Below, piece by piece: positions 55,007 through 64,000 of a DNA stretch of 64,000 nt. Each line of letters starts with the position of its first letter. Position 1 is the stretch's first letter. Origin of the DNA: Nitrospirota bacterium (GTDB taxonomy: Bacteria; Nitrospirota; Nitrospiria; Nitrospirales; NS-4); NCBI GenBank assembly GCA_963788195.1, contig CAWBGA010000017.1, positions 480,001 to 544,000 of the forward strand, given 5' to 3'. The notes beneath the pieces were generated by a model, which searched no databases, was not told where the DNA came from, and was given only the letters and a program-made list of their open reading frames with translations. Position numbers and translations under genes: made by a program.

Positions 55007-56599
55007 TCACTCAGGTCGCCGGGTCAGGGCGGCCGCCATTCTTTGAATGCCGTCATGGGCATAGGTGGATTCGGGACGAGCCTCAAGCGCCCGCTGAAAA
55101 TACTTGAAGGCTGCTTCATACTCACCTTGGGCCTCGTAACAGGCCGGGATGAGATCCAGCGACTGGTCGTCCACCCCAAACTGTTTCTCGGACTCCTGAA
55201 ACACCTGAAGGCATTCTCCGTAGAGTTCAAGCTTGTAAAATATCCGTCCGAGGTACAGATATGCGTTCTGGTTCGGCGGCAGGAGATAAATATTCTCCAC
55301 GGTCCGGTCCAAGACCTCCAACAGGGCTTCCTCTTCCTCTGCGGTGATGCAATCGATCACCTGGCAGAGTTTATCTCCGCAGCGGACCAGTGCCACTGGG
55401 TCGTAATTCGTCAATCGAAGAAAGGCGAGGTAATTTCCAAGCTTGAGCGGGGGATCTGCGCGAAGAAAGTCCTCGCAATCGTAGAGGTAATTGATCGGGT
55501 TCTCTTCGATGATCCGCCGCCGAAAAGCATAGCGGGCTCGTTCGAACTTAGACCCCTGCTGGTTTGAGAGAATGTTCATGGTGCTGTGCACCGAAAGGGT
55601 CTTGTCGGTGGTGGTAAGAGAGTGTCCGCCCTGATCCTGAAAATACCGTCCGATCGCGTGGAAGTTGACCATGCAGGAGATGCCGCCCGTGAGCGAGTAG
55701 ATCTCTTGGGACTGTCCTTGCACTGATTTGTGTTCGATCGTTGTAAAGCCCTTATCGGACGCGAGGAGCACCAATTTGTTGCCGGAGAGCGACTGGAGGC
55801 GTTGGATGCACCGCAGCGCGCCAATCGGGAACAAAATCGTCGCGTTCTCAAGCTCGTGCGTGTAGGAGTCGAGCACGGCGTTCAAGGCGGCATCCGGAAA
55901 AGCCTCTCCTTTGAGCTCCCGGTAACTTTCAGCGCGTTTCAATTGGTCGAAGCTCAGGGGGCGGCCAGTGCAGTTGGCATCGCGCGAGAACGTGAAGCGC
56001 ACCTCCTGAAGCTTTCCCTCGACCAAGCGAAAGACATCATGGGGCAGGCTGTCGAAGAAATAGTTGGCAATCACGAGAATGGGGTTTTTGAGTCCCCCGG
56101 CCTGCAAGGTGCGGCCAGACTCTCGTAATGAAATTTCATGGTCCACATCTGGGCGGTACACGGCAAAATCAAGCAGCCCGGACTCCCTGAACGGCCTAAG
56201 CTTCTCGTGAGCCTCCCAAAAGGCGACATTCTTTTCGGCAAAATCAGTGAGCACGTACTTGGGAGTCAAGCCATCCGCCGCGGCGAACGAACCTTTGTGC
56301 GCCTGTAGTTCTTTCAAGAGATAAAAGGCGAAGGCTCCCGTTCCTGCTCCGAGCTCCAGGATGTAGACAGGCTCATCGGGATCCAGGTGTGGCCCGTAAT
56401 CAAGGAGAAATGCGACGAGCACCTCGGCGTACGCCCTGGCGATAAAGGGATTGCTCGTGATATAGAACGGCACTTGGTTCCAGGCCGCGATTCCGGATTC
56501 CTGGAAGTATTTCACTTGTAGCGGCCACAAGAGACACTCCGAGAGCCGCACCTCAGATTCAAGGATTTCCTGCTTTGGGGGGTTTCCGGTGGCTGACAT
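55007..56599 (-). CDS. Putative SAM-dependent methyltransferase (MidA/NDUFAF7-like) with C-terminal TPRs
   Basis: ILELGAGTG motif I and IANYFFDSLP; TPR helices at the C-terminus. Confidence 0.75.
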   Translation of the reverse strand: MSATGNPPKQEILESEVRLSECLLWPLQVKYFQESGIAAWNQVPFYITSNPFIARAYAEVLVAFLLDYGPHLDPDEPVYILELGAGTGAFAFYLLKELQAHKGSFAAADGLTPKYVLTDFAEKNVAFWEAHEKLRPFRESGLLDFAVYRPDVDHEISLRESGRTLQAGGLKNPILVIANYFFDSLPHDVFRLVEGKLQEVRFTFSRDANCTGRPLSFDQLKRAESYRELKGEAFPDAALNAVLDSYTHELENATILFPIGALRCIQRLQSLSGNKLVLLASDKGFTTIEHKSVQGQSQEIYSLTGGISCMVNFHAIGRYFQDQGGHSLTTTDKTLSVHSTMNILSNQQGSKFERARYAFRRRIIEENPINYLYDCEDFLRADPPLKLGNYLAFLRLTNYDPVALVRCGDKLCQVIDCITAEEEEALLEVLDRTVENIYLLPPNQNAYLYLGRIFYKLELYGECLQVFQESEKQFGVDDQSLDLIPACYEAQGEYEAAFKYFQRALEARPESTYAHDGIQRMAAALTRRPE

Positions 56600-56610
56600 C
56601 GCCGGCTTGG

Positions 56611-57225
56611 TCAGCGGATCCTGACCTGGCGGCCCGCAACGCTCAGGCGTCCTTCGGCGAAGAGCTGGATCGCCTGCGGATAGATGCGGTGTTCCTCAAC
56701 TAAAATACGGGCCGCTAAGGTATCCTCCGTATCGCCTTCCAGCAAGGGCACCGCCGCCTGAAGAATGATTGGGCCCGCATCGACGCCTTCGGTCACGAAA
56801 TGCACGGTGCAACCGGACACTTTGGCGCCCCAGTCGATGGCCTGCTTCTGCGGGGACAATCCCGGAAAGGCAGGTAACAGCGACGGGTGGATATTCATCA
56901 TTCGATTGGCATAGGCCTCGACCAATGCCAAAGTCACGATCTTCATATATCCCGCGAGCGCCACAAGTTCAACGTTTCGACTCCGCAGCTCTTTCAGAAT
57001 CAGGCCGTCGTAATCCTCTCGTCCAGCTGCCGCCTTAGGATCTAGAAACACCGCGGGCGAGCCGTGCTTTCTGGCCCGATCGAGGGCCGGTGCGTCGGCC
57101 TTGTTGCTGATCACCACGGCGAGGATGGCATCCAGTGTCTCTTTCTCAATCGCGTCAATGATCGCTTGGAGATTGGAGCCGCGGCCCGAGGCCAATACCC
57201 CTAGACGGACTCGCCCCTCAGGCAT
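56611..57225 (-). CDS. purN: Phosphoribosylglycinamide formyltransferase
   Basis: SGRGSNLQA, LAGYM, NIHPSLLP and GCTVHFV motifs. Confidence 0.96.
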   Translation of the reverse strand: MPEGRVRLGVLASGRGSNLQAIIDAIEKETLDAILAVVISNKADAPALDRARKHGSPAVFLDPKAAAGREDYDGLILKELRSRNVELVALAGYMKIVTLALVEAYANRMMNIHPSLLPAFPGLSPQKQAIDWGAKVSGCTVHFVTEGVDAGPIILQAAVPLLEGDTEDTLAARILVEEHRIYPQAIQLFAEGRLSVAGRQVRIR

Positions 57226-58249
57226 ACCGCACTGCTCGCTCACCCGCTTCAACCACCCCGATCCGAAAGGCGTGATCCCCGCATTCCTCCGCACGGCGGA
57301 TTGTTTCCTGGGCGTCTTCCGGTGGCACAATCACCACCAGACCGATGCCAAGGTTGAAGACCCGCGCCATTTCTTGCGGCTCAATGCCGCCCCGGTGCTG
57401 GATCAACTCAAAAATCGGGGGCTCCGCCCATGTCCCTCGATTGATCACAACGCCGCATCCCTCAGGAAGCACGCGAGGGATATTTTCAGTCAGACCTCCG
57501 CCCGTTATATGCGCAATGGATCGAACATTGCAGGATTTTGCCAACTGAAGAATCGTCTTGACGTAAATCCTTGTCGGCTTTAAGAGCGCTTCTCCGACGG
57601 TCTCCTCGCCTCCGGGCACTTTTTCGTTGAATGCGGCCTGAGCTCTCTCGAGCAAAACCGTCCGCGCCAGCGAGTAACCGTTACTGTGCAATCCCGTCGA
57701 AGCAAGGCCGACGAGCACATCTCCGGGTTTAACCCGGCTGCCGTCGATAATTTGATCCCGCTCCACCACCCCTACGGCAAATCCGGCAAGGTCGTATTCC
57801 CCTTCTGGGTAAAAGCCGGGCATCTCCGCTGTCTCGCCACCGATCAATGCGCAGCCGGCTTGACGGCACCCTTCGGCAATGCCCGACAGAATCGACTCCG
57901 CTTGACCGACGACCAATGTCCCCACAGCTAAATAGTCAAGAAAAAATAGCGGTTCGGCGCCGCAGACTGCCACGTCGTTCACGCACATCGCCACAAGGTC
58001 GACACCGATCGTATCGTGGCGTCCCATCTGAGTGGCAATCTTAAGCTTCGTTCCGACACCGTCTGTGCCCGAAACCAGCACCGGCTCTCGATAGCGCGTG
58101 GAATCGAAGCGAAACAGGCCCCCAAATCCGCCAATATCCGTCAAAACCTCCGGACGGAAGGTGGATCGCACCAAGGGTCGGATACGACGCACAAATTCAT
58201 TTCCCGCATCGATATTGACGCCCGCCTTCTTGTAATCCATGGCTGCCAT
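57218..58249 (-). CDS. purM: Phosphoribosylformylglycinamidine cyclo-ligase
   Basis: GTDGVGTK, GGETAEMPG, GLHSNGYS and HITGGG motifs. Confidence 0.96.
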   Translation of the reverse strand: MAAMDYKKAGVNIDAGNEFVRRIRPLVRSTFRPEVLTDIGGFGGLFRFDSTRYREPVLVSGTDGVGTKLKIATQMGRHDTIGVDLVAMCVNDVAVCGAEPLFFLDYLAVGTLVVGQAESILSGIAEGCRQAGCALIGGETAEMPGFYPEGEYDLAGFAVGVVERDQIIDGSRVKPGDVLVGLASTGLHSNGYSLARTVLLERAQAAFNEKVPGGEETVGEALLKPTRIYVKTILQLAKSCNVRSIAHITGGGLTENIPRVLPEGCGVVINRGTWAEPPIFELIQHRGGIEPQEMARVFNLGIGLVVIVPPEDAQETIRRAEECGDHAFRIGVVEAGERAVRYA

Positions 58250-58359
58250 GCGATTTTTGCCTAGTGAAAGCGGCATCTTAACGTGATGGTCGCGGGCGGG
58301 TCAACGCGGACAGCGATGTATGTTGTTGAAAGGCATGTGCAAGCTTCGTTGCGCTTTCA

Positions 58360-58375
58360 TGGCATTTGTCTTGCA
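58360..58375 (+). promoter_or_regulatory. sigma54 -24/-12 promoter candidate
   Basis: TGGCATTTGTCTTGCA (GG-N10-GC, near consensus). Confidence 0.65.
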
Positions 58376-58439
58376 CTGTCTTAAGTTCAGTACAGAACAC
58401 GCCGAAACCACAAACAAGGACGATCAAGGCCTGGGAGGC

Positions 58440-58712
58440 ATGAACATGCTAACGATGGAAAAAGAAAAACAGAAGAGCAAGCTGCTCACCGTGAAGGAGG
58501 TTGCGACCTACCTCGTAGTCACCGAGCGCACCGTGTACCGATTAATTAAAGATCCTGATTTTCCAGCCTTCAAAGTAGGCGGGCAGTGGCGCTTCAAGAT
58601 TGAGCTCATCGATGGATGGATGAGTCGCGACAGAGGTAGCAATCATGGCGATTCTCAATTCCCCCGGCACAGCGAAGGGTCAATTGCTCCGGCAGGACGG
58701 GTCGCCCACTAG
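58440..58712 (+). CDS. Small excisionase-type HTH (HTH_17) DNA-binding protein
   Basis: LLTVKEVATYL...TVYRL...PAFKVGGQWRF; GGAGG RBS. Confidence 0.85.
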   Translation: MNMLTMEKEKQKSKLLTVKEVATYLVVTERTVYRLIKDPDFPAFKVGGQWRFKIELIDGWMSRDRGSNHGDSQFPRHSEGSIAPAGRVAH

Positions 58713-60021
58713 CTCCACGAGAGTTTCGATATGCATGGTCTGCGGAAACATGTCATACGCTTGAATTCGAGCTACTCGATAACCGGCTGCGACGGTAGCA
58801 CGAAGGTCCCGTGCGAGGGTGGCAGGATCGCAGGACACGTACAGAATTCGTGGAGGTCTCAGCCGGATAAGACCGGCCAGGGCTTCTTTACTGAGACCCG
58901 TACGTGGAGGATCGAGAATAACCAGGTCGTATTCTCCCGCGACGCTCGCCGCCAACATCGCTTCCGCGGACATCGGTCGAAAGCGGCAGCGCCCTATATG
59001 ATTCACTTTCGCATTCTCTTTGGCGTCCGCCAACGCCAGCCGATTCCCCTCTACTAACGTGACCAGAGCCCCTTCGCGGGCAATCGGCAGACCGAAGTTA
59101 CCGATTCCTGCGTAGAGTTCAAGAACCCGCAGCGTGGACGTGTCTAACCGTTCACACGCCCAGCGCCTCACTGTGTCACCCAACGCGGCATTCAACTTCC
59201 AGTTCGCTTGCGCGAATGACCCATGGCTGATCCTAAAGGTACAGCCCGCGATGACCTCGGTCAGCGCACTGTCTCCTTCGGTGAAGCGGCGCGTTTCCCG
59301 ACCGCGACCTGCCAGCAAGGCCTGGCCTTTGATGAGCCCGCCTTCACGGACCTTTCCAAACCAGGCCTCTGCGTCTGTCCGCGTCGCTCGCTCTGCAAGG
59401 TAATGAATCACGACCTCCCCGGCTCCCGCTCGAGGCAGCGAGCGATACCTCCTGGAGGCTCATCTTCTTAGAAAACGGCAGGAGCTTATTGAGATGCGCC
59501 AACATCGCGTTCAACGAAGGCGTCAGCACCGGACACTCGGCGATGGGGACGAGCCGGGAACTGCCCTCTTCGTGATACGCAAGTGCTGCCTCCGGCGAAG
59601 CGGCCTGTAGAACCGCAAAGCGGGCCCGGCTTCTGTACCGGAAATTCTCGGGGGATGGGACGATCGGTGGAATGCACACGTCATGTAAGCCACCCACGCG
59701 GGCGAGGGTCTCGGCCAGGATCGCCCGCTTGAGCTCAAGTTGAGCGCCAACCGTGGTGTGCTGTAGTTGACAGCCGCCGCACTGTCCATAGACCGGACAT
59801 AGAGGCGCGACACGGTCAGCAGATGGCGTAACAATCTCAACCAATTGCCCCTCGGCAAAGCCCTTCCGCGGCCGGTTGACCAGTACACGCACAGACTCCC
59901 CGGGTAGAACGCCCGGAACAAAGACCGCAAGCGAGCCCTGGTGAGCCAGCCCTTTGCCTCCATGGACGAGCTTCTCGATCTGTAGCACAGTGCTTTCTGT
60001 GTCGGGGAGTTGAGACGGCAT
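58680..60021 (-). CDS. rlmD: TRAM-domain 23S rRNA m5U methyltransferase, RlmD/TrmA family (frameshift near 59420)
   Basis: CPVYGQCGGCQLQH, ELYAGIGNF, DPPRTG, YVSCDPATLARD and DMFPQT motifs. Confidence 0.9.
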
Positions 60022-60096
60022 CGGACAGTCTAGCATGAAGGGACTGGCCCCTTTTACTCACAATAATACCGGCCGTAATACCAGCTGGGACAATTT

Positions 60097-60483
60097 AACG
60101 GGTCCCGACGTATCCCCTTTTTTCCGTCTTTCTCAAATCGGAGGTTGATCGCTGCTGCGGGCGGCACCGAACACCTGACGTACTGCGACTTGGGCTTCCC
60201 GTATCGGAGGTTGCTTCGGCTTGACGGGTGTCGTTGACCTTCTCATATCGTAGGTTGATTGCTGCAGCGGTGTCGCCGTAAGGCTGACGACTAGCGACTT
60301 GGGCTTCCCGTAATCGAAGGTTGATCAGTTTGACGGGTGACGCTGACCTTCTCATATCGAAGGTTGATTGTTCAGCGGGTGGCGCCTGGAAGCCTGACGA
60401 TTAGTGACTAGGGCTGCGGTGAGCAAGGAGTCAGGTTTCGGCGACAGGACCCGTTCAACCCCTACATCAACCGGAGATCTTTC
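60097..60483 (-). repeat. Family-C repeat (copy 2): about 2.5 tandem ~110-bp units with imperfect terminal inverted repeats
   Basis: TTCYCRWATCGNAGGTTG motif at 60130, 60196, 60240, 60305 and 60349; ends AACGGGTCCCGACG / CGACAGGACCCGTT. Confidence 0.85.
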
Positions 60484-61852
60484 AGTTTTCGGGGCGGACT
60501 TCTATGCCGAGGAGCTTGATCTTGCGGTGCAGATGGCTGCGCTCGATCTTGAGGTCATCCGCGGTCTTGGAGACATTCCAGGACCGTTCCCGCAGCTTGC
60601 GGGCGATGTATTCGCGCTCAAAGGCAGCGCGTGCCTCCCTGAGAGATGCGTAATCAAAGGCCGAGGGCACCTGCGGTGAGTGCAGGATGGCCTGCCGCAC
60701 CAGAGGCTCTACATCCGAGGCTTGAATATCCGGTCCGCGGGACATGATCATCGTGCGCTCCACCAAATTTCGCAGTTCACGCACGTTGCCCGGCCAGTCG
60801 TGCTTCGAGAGAACCGCCAGTGCGTCCTGCGTGATCTCACGGGGGCGAAGACCCTGCTCCTCTACGTTCATAGTGATGAAGTGGCGGATCAACGCCGGGA
60901 TGTCCTCGCGGCGCTCACGTAACGGCGGAACATCGAGTTGGAGTACCGCCAACCGGAAATACAAATCCTCTCGAAATGTGCCTTTTCGGATGGCATCAAC
61001 GAGATTTTTGTTGGATGCCGCAATCACCCTGACATCCACCTTGATCGGCTTTGTTCCTCCCAATCGTTGAAACCGCTGCTCCTGCAATACGCGCAGTACC
61101 TTGGCCTGGGTCGCGAGACTCATATCGCCGACCTCATCCAAGAACAAGGTGCCACCGTCTGCCACTTCAAACTGTCCGCGGTGCATCCCCATGGCGCCCG
61201 TAAATGACCCCTTTTCGTGTCCGAACAGTTCGCTTTCAATCAGTGTCTCCGGGATCGCCGCGCAATTGACCTCGATGAACGGCCGCTCTGCCCGCGGGCT
61301 TTGCAGATGGATCGCGCGGGCCACCAACTCTTTCCCTGTTCCATTTTCGCCCGAAATCAGCACGCGGCTTGGCGCCGGTCCGGCTGTCTCAATCTGCCTG
61401 CGCAGCTCGACCATCACTCCGCTTTCCCCGATCATTTTGAGACGGCGGGCCGCCTGTTCCTTGAGGGACCGGTTTTCACGCTCGAGTTTTAACTCGTGCA
61501 AGGCATGTCGGATCAGCAGGGTCACCTTTTCCAGCGAGAGCGGTTTCTCAATGTAATCATACGCGCCGAGTTTGATCGCCTTGACGGCCGACTCGATTGA
61601 GCCATGACCGGACATAATGACGACCTGGAGACCGGAGACAAGCTCCAGCGCGCGCCGAAGGGTTTCGATCCCATCCATTTCAGGCATCCAGATATCCAGA
61701 AAGACCATATCCGGTATTTCGGTCTTGATCAGCTTAAGGGCTTCCTGACCGCTCTTCGCGGAGAAGACATCGTACCCCTCATCCTCCAGGATCCCCGTCA
61801 GGGCGTTAACAATGGCCGGCTCATCATCTACGATTAAGATGCGCGTGTTCAT
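60482..61852 (-). CDS. ntrX: sigma54-dependent response regulator, NtrX-like
   Basis: REC domain, GENGTGKE, GSFTGA, LFLDE, WPGNVREL and Fis-type HTH. Confidence 0.88.
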   Translation of the reverse strand: MNTRILIVDDEPAIVNALTGILEDEGYDVFSAKSGQEALKLIKTEIPDMVFLDIWMPEMDGIETLRRALELVSGLQVVIMSGHGSIESAVKAIKLGAYDYIEKPLSLEKVTLLIRHALHELKLERENRSLKEQAARRLKMIGESGVMVELRRQIETAGPAPSRVLISGENGTGKELVARAIHLQSPRAERPFIEVNCAAIPETLIESELFGHEKGSFTGAMGMHRGQFEVADGGTLFLDEVGDMSLATQAKVLRVLQEQRFQRLGGTKPIKVDVRVIAASNKNLVDAIRKGTFREDLYFRLAVLQLDVPPLRERREDIPALIRHFITMNVEEQGLRPREITQDALAVLSKHDWPGNVRELRNLVERTMIMSRGPDIQASDVEPLVRQAILHSPQVPSAFDYASLREARAAFEREYIARKLRERSWNVSKTADDLKIERSHLHRKIKLLGIEVRPEN

Positions 61853-61862
61853 GCGGGACTAT

Positions 61863-64000
61863 TTATACGGGCAACTCGATGGTGAAAATCGCGCCTTTCG
61901 GGACATTATTGCCGGCGCGGATGCGGCCATCATGATCAGAAATGATGCGGTGAACGATAGCCAGTCCCAGGCCCGTGCCGGTCTTCTTTTTGGAAAAGTA
62001 CGGCAGGAAGAGGTTGTCGTGGTCTCCGGGTTGGATGCCGACGCCTTCGTCGGCGACCTCAATGATGATCTTTCTGACCTTCGTTTCATGATGCGTGGTC
62101 ACCCACAACCGACCGTTGTCGTTCATCGCCTGCACGGCGTTATCAAAAAGATTCACAAAGACCCGTTTCATCTGCTCGCGGTCGATCATGATCGGAGGCA
62201 GATTGTCACTGAGATTTGTGACGAACTCAATGTCTCGATGCGCAGCGGAGTACAATAGAACGACCTCTCTAAGAGCCGCGTGCAACGACTGGCGTTCCAT
62301 CACCGGCGTCGGCATCCGCGCAAAATTAGAAAATTCATCCACCATGCGCTTGAGGCTGTTCACCTCATTCACAATCGTCATCGTCGACTGATCGAAGATG
62401 TCATTGAAGTCGCTCGCCTTCTCAAAGAACTTCTTTCGCAATCGCTGCGCGGAAAGCTGGATCGGCGTGAGGGGGTTTTTAATTTCGTGCGCAATTCGCT
62501 GGGCCACCTCCTGCCAGGCGGCCGCTTTCTGACCTTTGATCAATGCCGAAAGGTCATCGAAGACAATCACCGATCCCAGCTCCCGGCCGATCTCATTGCG
62601 TAATCGTGATGCGTTTAACCCTAACACCAGCGCGTTGCCCCGTAGTTCCGCATGCCCTTCCCAGGCAACGGTCTCGCGGGCGCCCGCGCGCAGGCGGTCA
62701 ACCAATTCCATAAACATCATCAGACCCAGTGGCTTAAACACATCCGTGATCGACAGCCCGCGTATCTCCTCGGCCTTCAGCCCTAGGATGCGCTCTGCAG
62801 AGCGGTTGAACGTCGCGATACGGTCCTCTGCATTCACCGATAGGACGCCACTCCCGATATTATCCAAGACCGTCTCGATATACGCGCGGCGGCGGTCTAG
62901 TTCGATGTTGGAATGCTGGAGCGAGACATTGGCCTGCTCTAATTCCGCCTTGCTGACCTTCAGATCCTCTGTCATGCGATTGAAGGAATCCACGAGCACG
63001 CCGATCTCGTCGCTGGCTTTGGCCGTGATCCGGAATGACAAATCGCCGGCCGCCACCGCCTTCGTGCCTTCCGCGAGTTTCTGGATCGGCACAGTAATGC
63101 TTTTGGCGATTTGAAAGCCGAACCAAGTCCCCGAGAGGATAATCACCAGCGCGATCGCCAGAACCAGGGCTATGTACTGTGCCTTCACCGGATTTTTGTA
63201 CGCCTTGGCGATCTTAAAACTTTTGTATGACTGCGCAACTCTGTCCATCTTGGCCACCAGCGATTCGGGCAGATACGTGTCCACAACGACCACACCATCC
63301 ACCTCCCCAGGACCCTTGATCGAAGGAATGGTCACAGCCGCTCGGATCAGGTCCCCCAATTGAAACGAAATCACCTCACCGCTGGCGAGGGCTTTCTCCA
63401 CGATCCGGTTCTCGGGATTATCGAGGATATGGAGGGGAATTTGGGAATCCACTGCGCGGGTCAGGATCTCCTTATTGCCTGAGTACACTTCCACACCACT
63501 GACGCCATACTCCATACGCTTGCGCTGCATTGCCAGCGCGAGCGTTTCATGATGGTCCAGGTCCAGCAGGCCATCCGCGTAGATTTCACGACTGATCGCC
63601 CGCGCGGCATCGAGGGTCCTGGTGTGATGACCTTGTCGGTGGGCTTGCACCACATCCTGGGAGTCTCTCAGCGCATGTTCCACCTCCAGCCCAAACCAAT
63701 GATCGATGCTCTGAGAGAGAAGGCCGGCGGCCAGGCCAACAAGCAGCAACGACGGAATAAGAGTAAACCCCACGAAGGCGGCCACCAGCTTCGTACGGAA
63801 TCCTGATCCGAGGAGTTGGCGGCGTTCGAAAAACGCCTTCACCAGATTGCGAGACAGTAAGAGAATTAACAGAACAAGAAGAATCACATCTACGTTTAAA
63901 AGTCCGAGGACCAGGATGTTGCTCGGGACAAAAGGGGTGGCTTGAGTCTTGTCGGAATAGTGGACGGTCAGATAGACCGTCGGGAGCAAAAAGGCCAAAA
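61863..64000 (-). CDS. ntrY: HAMP/PAS sensor histidine kinase, NtrY-like (5' end outside the window)
   Basis: AAWQEVAQRIAHEIKNPLTPIQLSA, FSNFARMP and GTGLGL motifs. Confidence 0.9.
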   Translation of the reverse strand, partial: LAFLLPTVYLTVHYSDKTQATPFVPSNILVLGLLNVDVILLVLLILLLSRNLVKAFFERRQLLGSGFRTKLVAAFVGFTLIPSLLLVGLAAGLLSQSIDHWFGLEVEHALRDSQDVVQAHRQGHHTRTLDAARAISREIYADGLLDLDHHETLALAMQRKRMEYGVSGVEVYSGNKEILTRAVDSQIPLHILDNPENRIVEKALASGEVISFQLGDLIRAAVTIPSIKGPGEVDGVVVVDTYLPESLVAKMDRVAQSYKSFKIAKAYKNPVKAQYIALVLAIALVIILSGTWFGFQIAKSITVPIQKLAEGTKAVAAGDLSFRITAKASDEIGVLVDSFNRMTEDLKVSKAELEQANVSLQHSNIELDRRRAYIETVLDNIGSGVLSVNAEDRIATFNRSAERILGLKAEEIRGLSITDVFKPLGLMMFMELVDRLRAGARETVAWEGHAELRGNALVLGLNASRLRNEIGRELGSVIVFDDLSALIKGQKAAAWQEVAQRIAHEIKNPLTPIQLSAQRLRKKFFEKASDFNDIFDQSTMTIVNEVNSLKRMVDEFSNFARMPTPVMERQSLHAALREVVLLYSAAHRDIEFVTNLSDNLPPIMIDREQMKRVFVNLFDNAVQAMNDNGRLWVTTHHETKVRKIIIEVADEGVGIQPGDHDNLFLPYFSKKKTGTGLGLAIVHRIISDHDGRIRAGNNVPKGAIFTIELPV

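Noticed and set aside
54653..56599. tRNA-anchored genomic island
   Set aside because: I found no duplicated tRNA 3' end and no integrase, and the accessory gene lies on the tRNA's 5' side.
58440..58712. Prophage or ICE marked by an excisionase
   Set aside because: There is no integrase, att repeat or phage gene nearby; the flanks are core genes.
60128..60420. CRISPR array
   Set aside because: The repeats are short and degenerate, the spacers alternate between two homologous sequences instead of being unique, and there are no cas genes in the window.

Overview
A GC-rich bacterial chromosomal window made mostly of core genes. Gene content and order look Nitrospirota-like (inference only). It carries gap-pgk-tpiA-secG, rplU-rpmA/obgE-proB-proA-nadD-rsfS, gpmI-bioB, argD-argF-argG-argH-(lipoprotein)-(B12 radical SAM)-lysA-dapF-dapA-dapB, purM-purN, ntrY-ntrX and tRNA-Ala(CGC), plus three dispersed PEP-CTERM surface protein genes with sigma54-like promoters. 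Many essential genes are split by single-base indels, which most likely reflects an unpolished long-read assembly rather than pseudogenes. The highlight is an IS110 (IS621-like) element at 27558-28731 between proB and proA that can be decoded from the sequence alone. It has CT cores at both ends and sits inside a REP-type palindrome whose empty site can be rebuilt. Its circle junction would form a -35/17 bp/-10 promoter. Its ~200-nt left end folds like a bridge RNA, with loop segments matching both halves of the target (TTCGCCCT / CTGAGCC) and of the donor (CAGTCGC / CTTG). Two further non-coding repeat systems are not explained by any gene here. One is a hairpin family with variable stems and a constant CCRRGA loop whose copies are repeatedly nested in each other's loops. 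The other is a two-module structured repeat downstream of both dapA and ntrX, where the ntrX copy also carries a 24-bp duplicate of the dapA 3' end.
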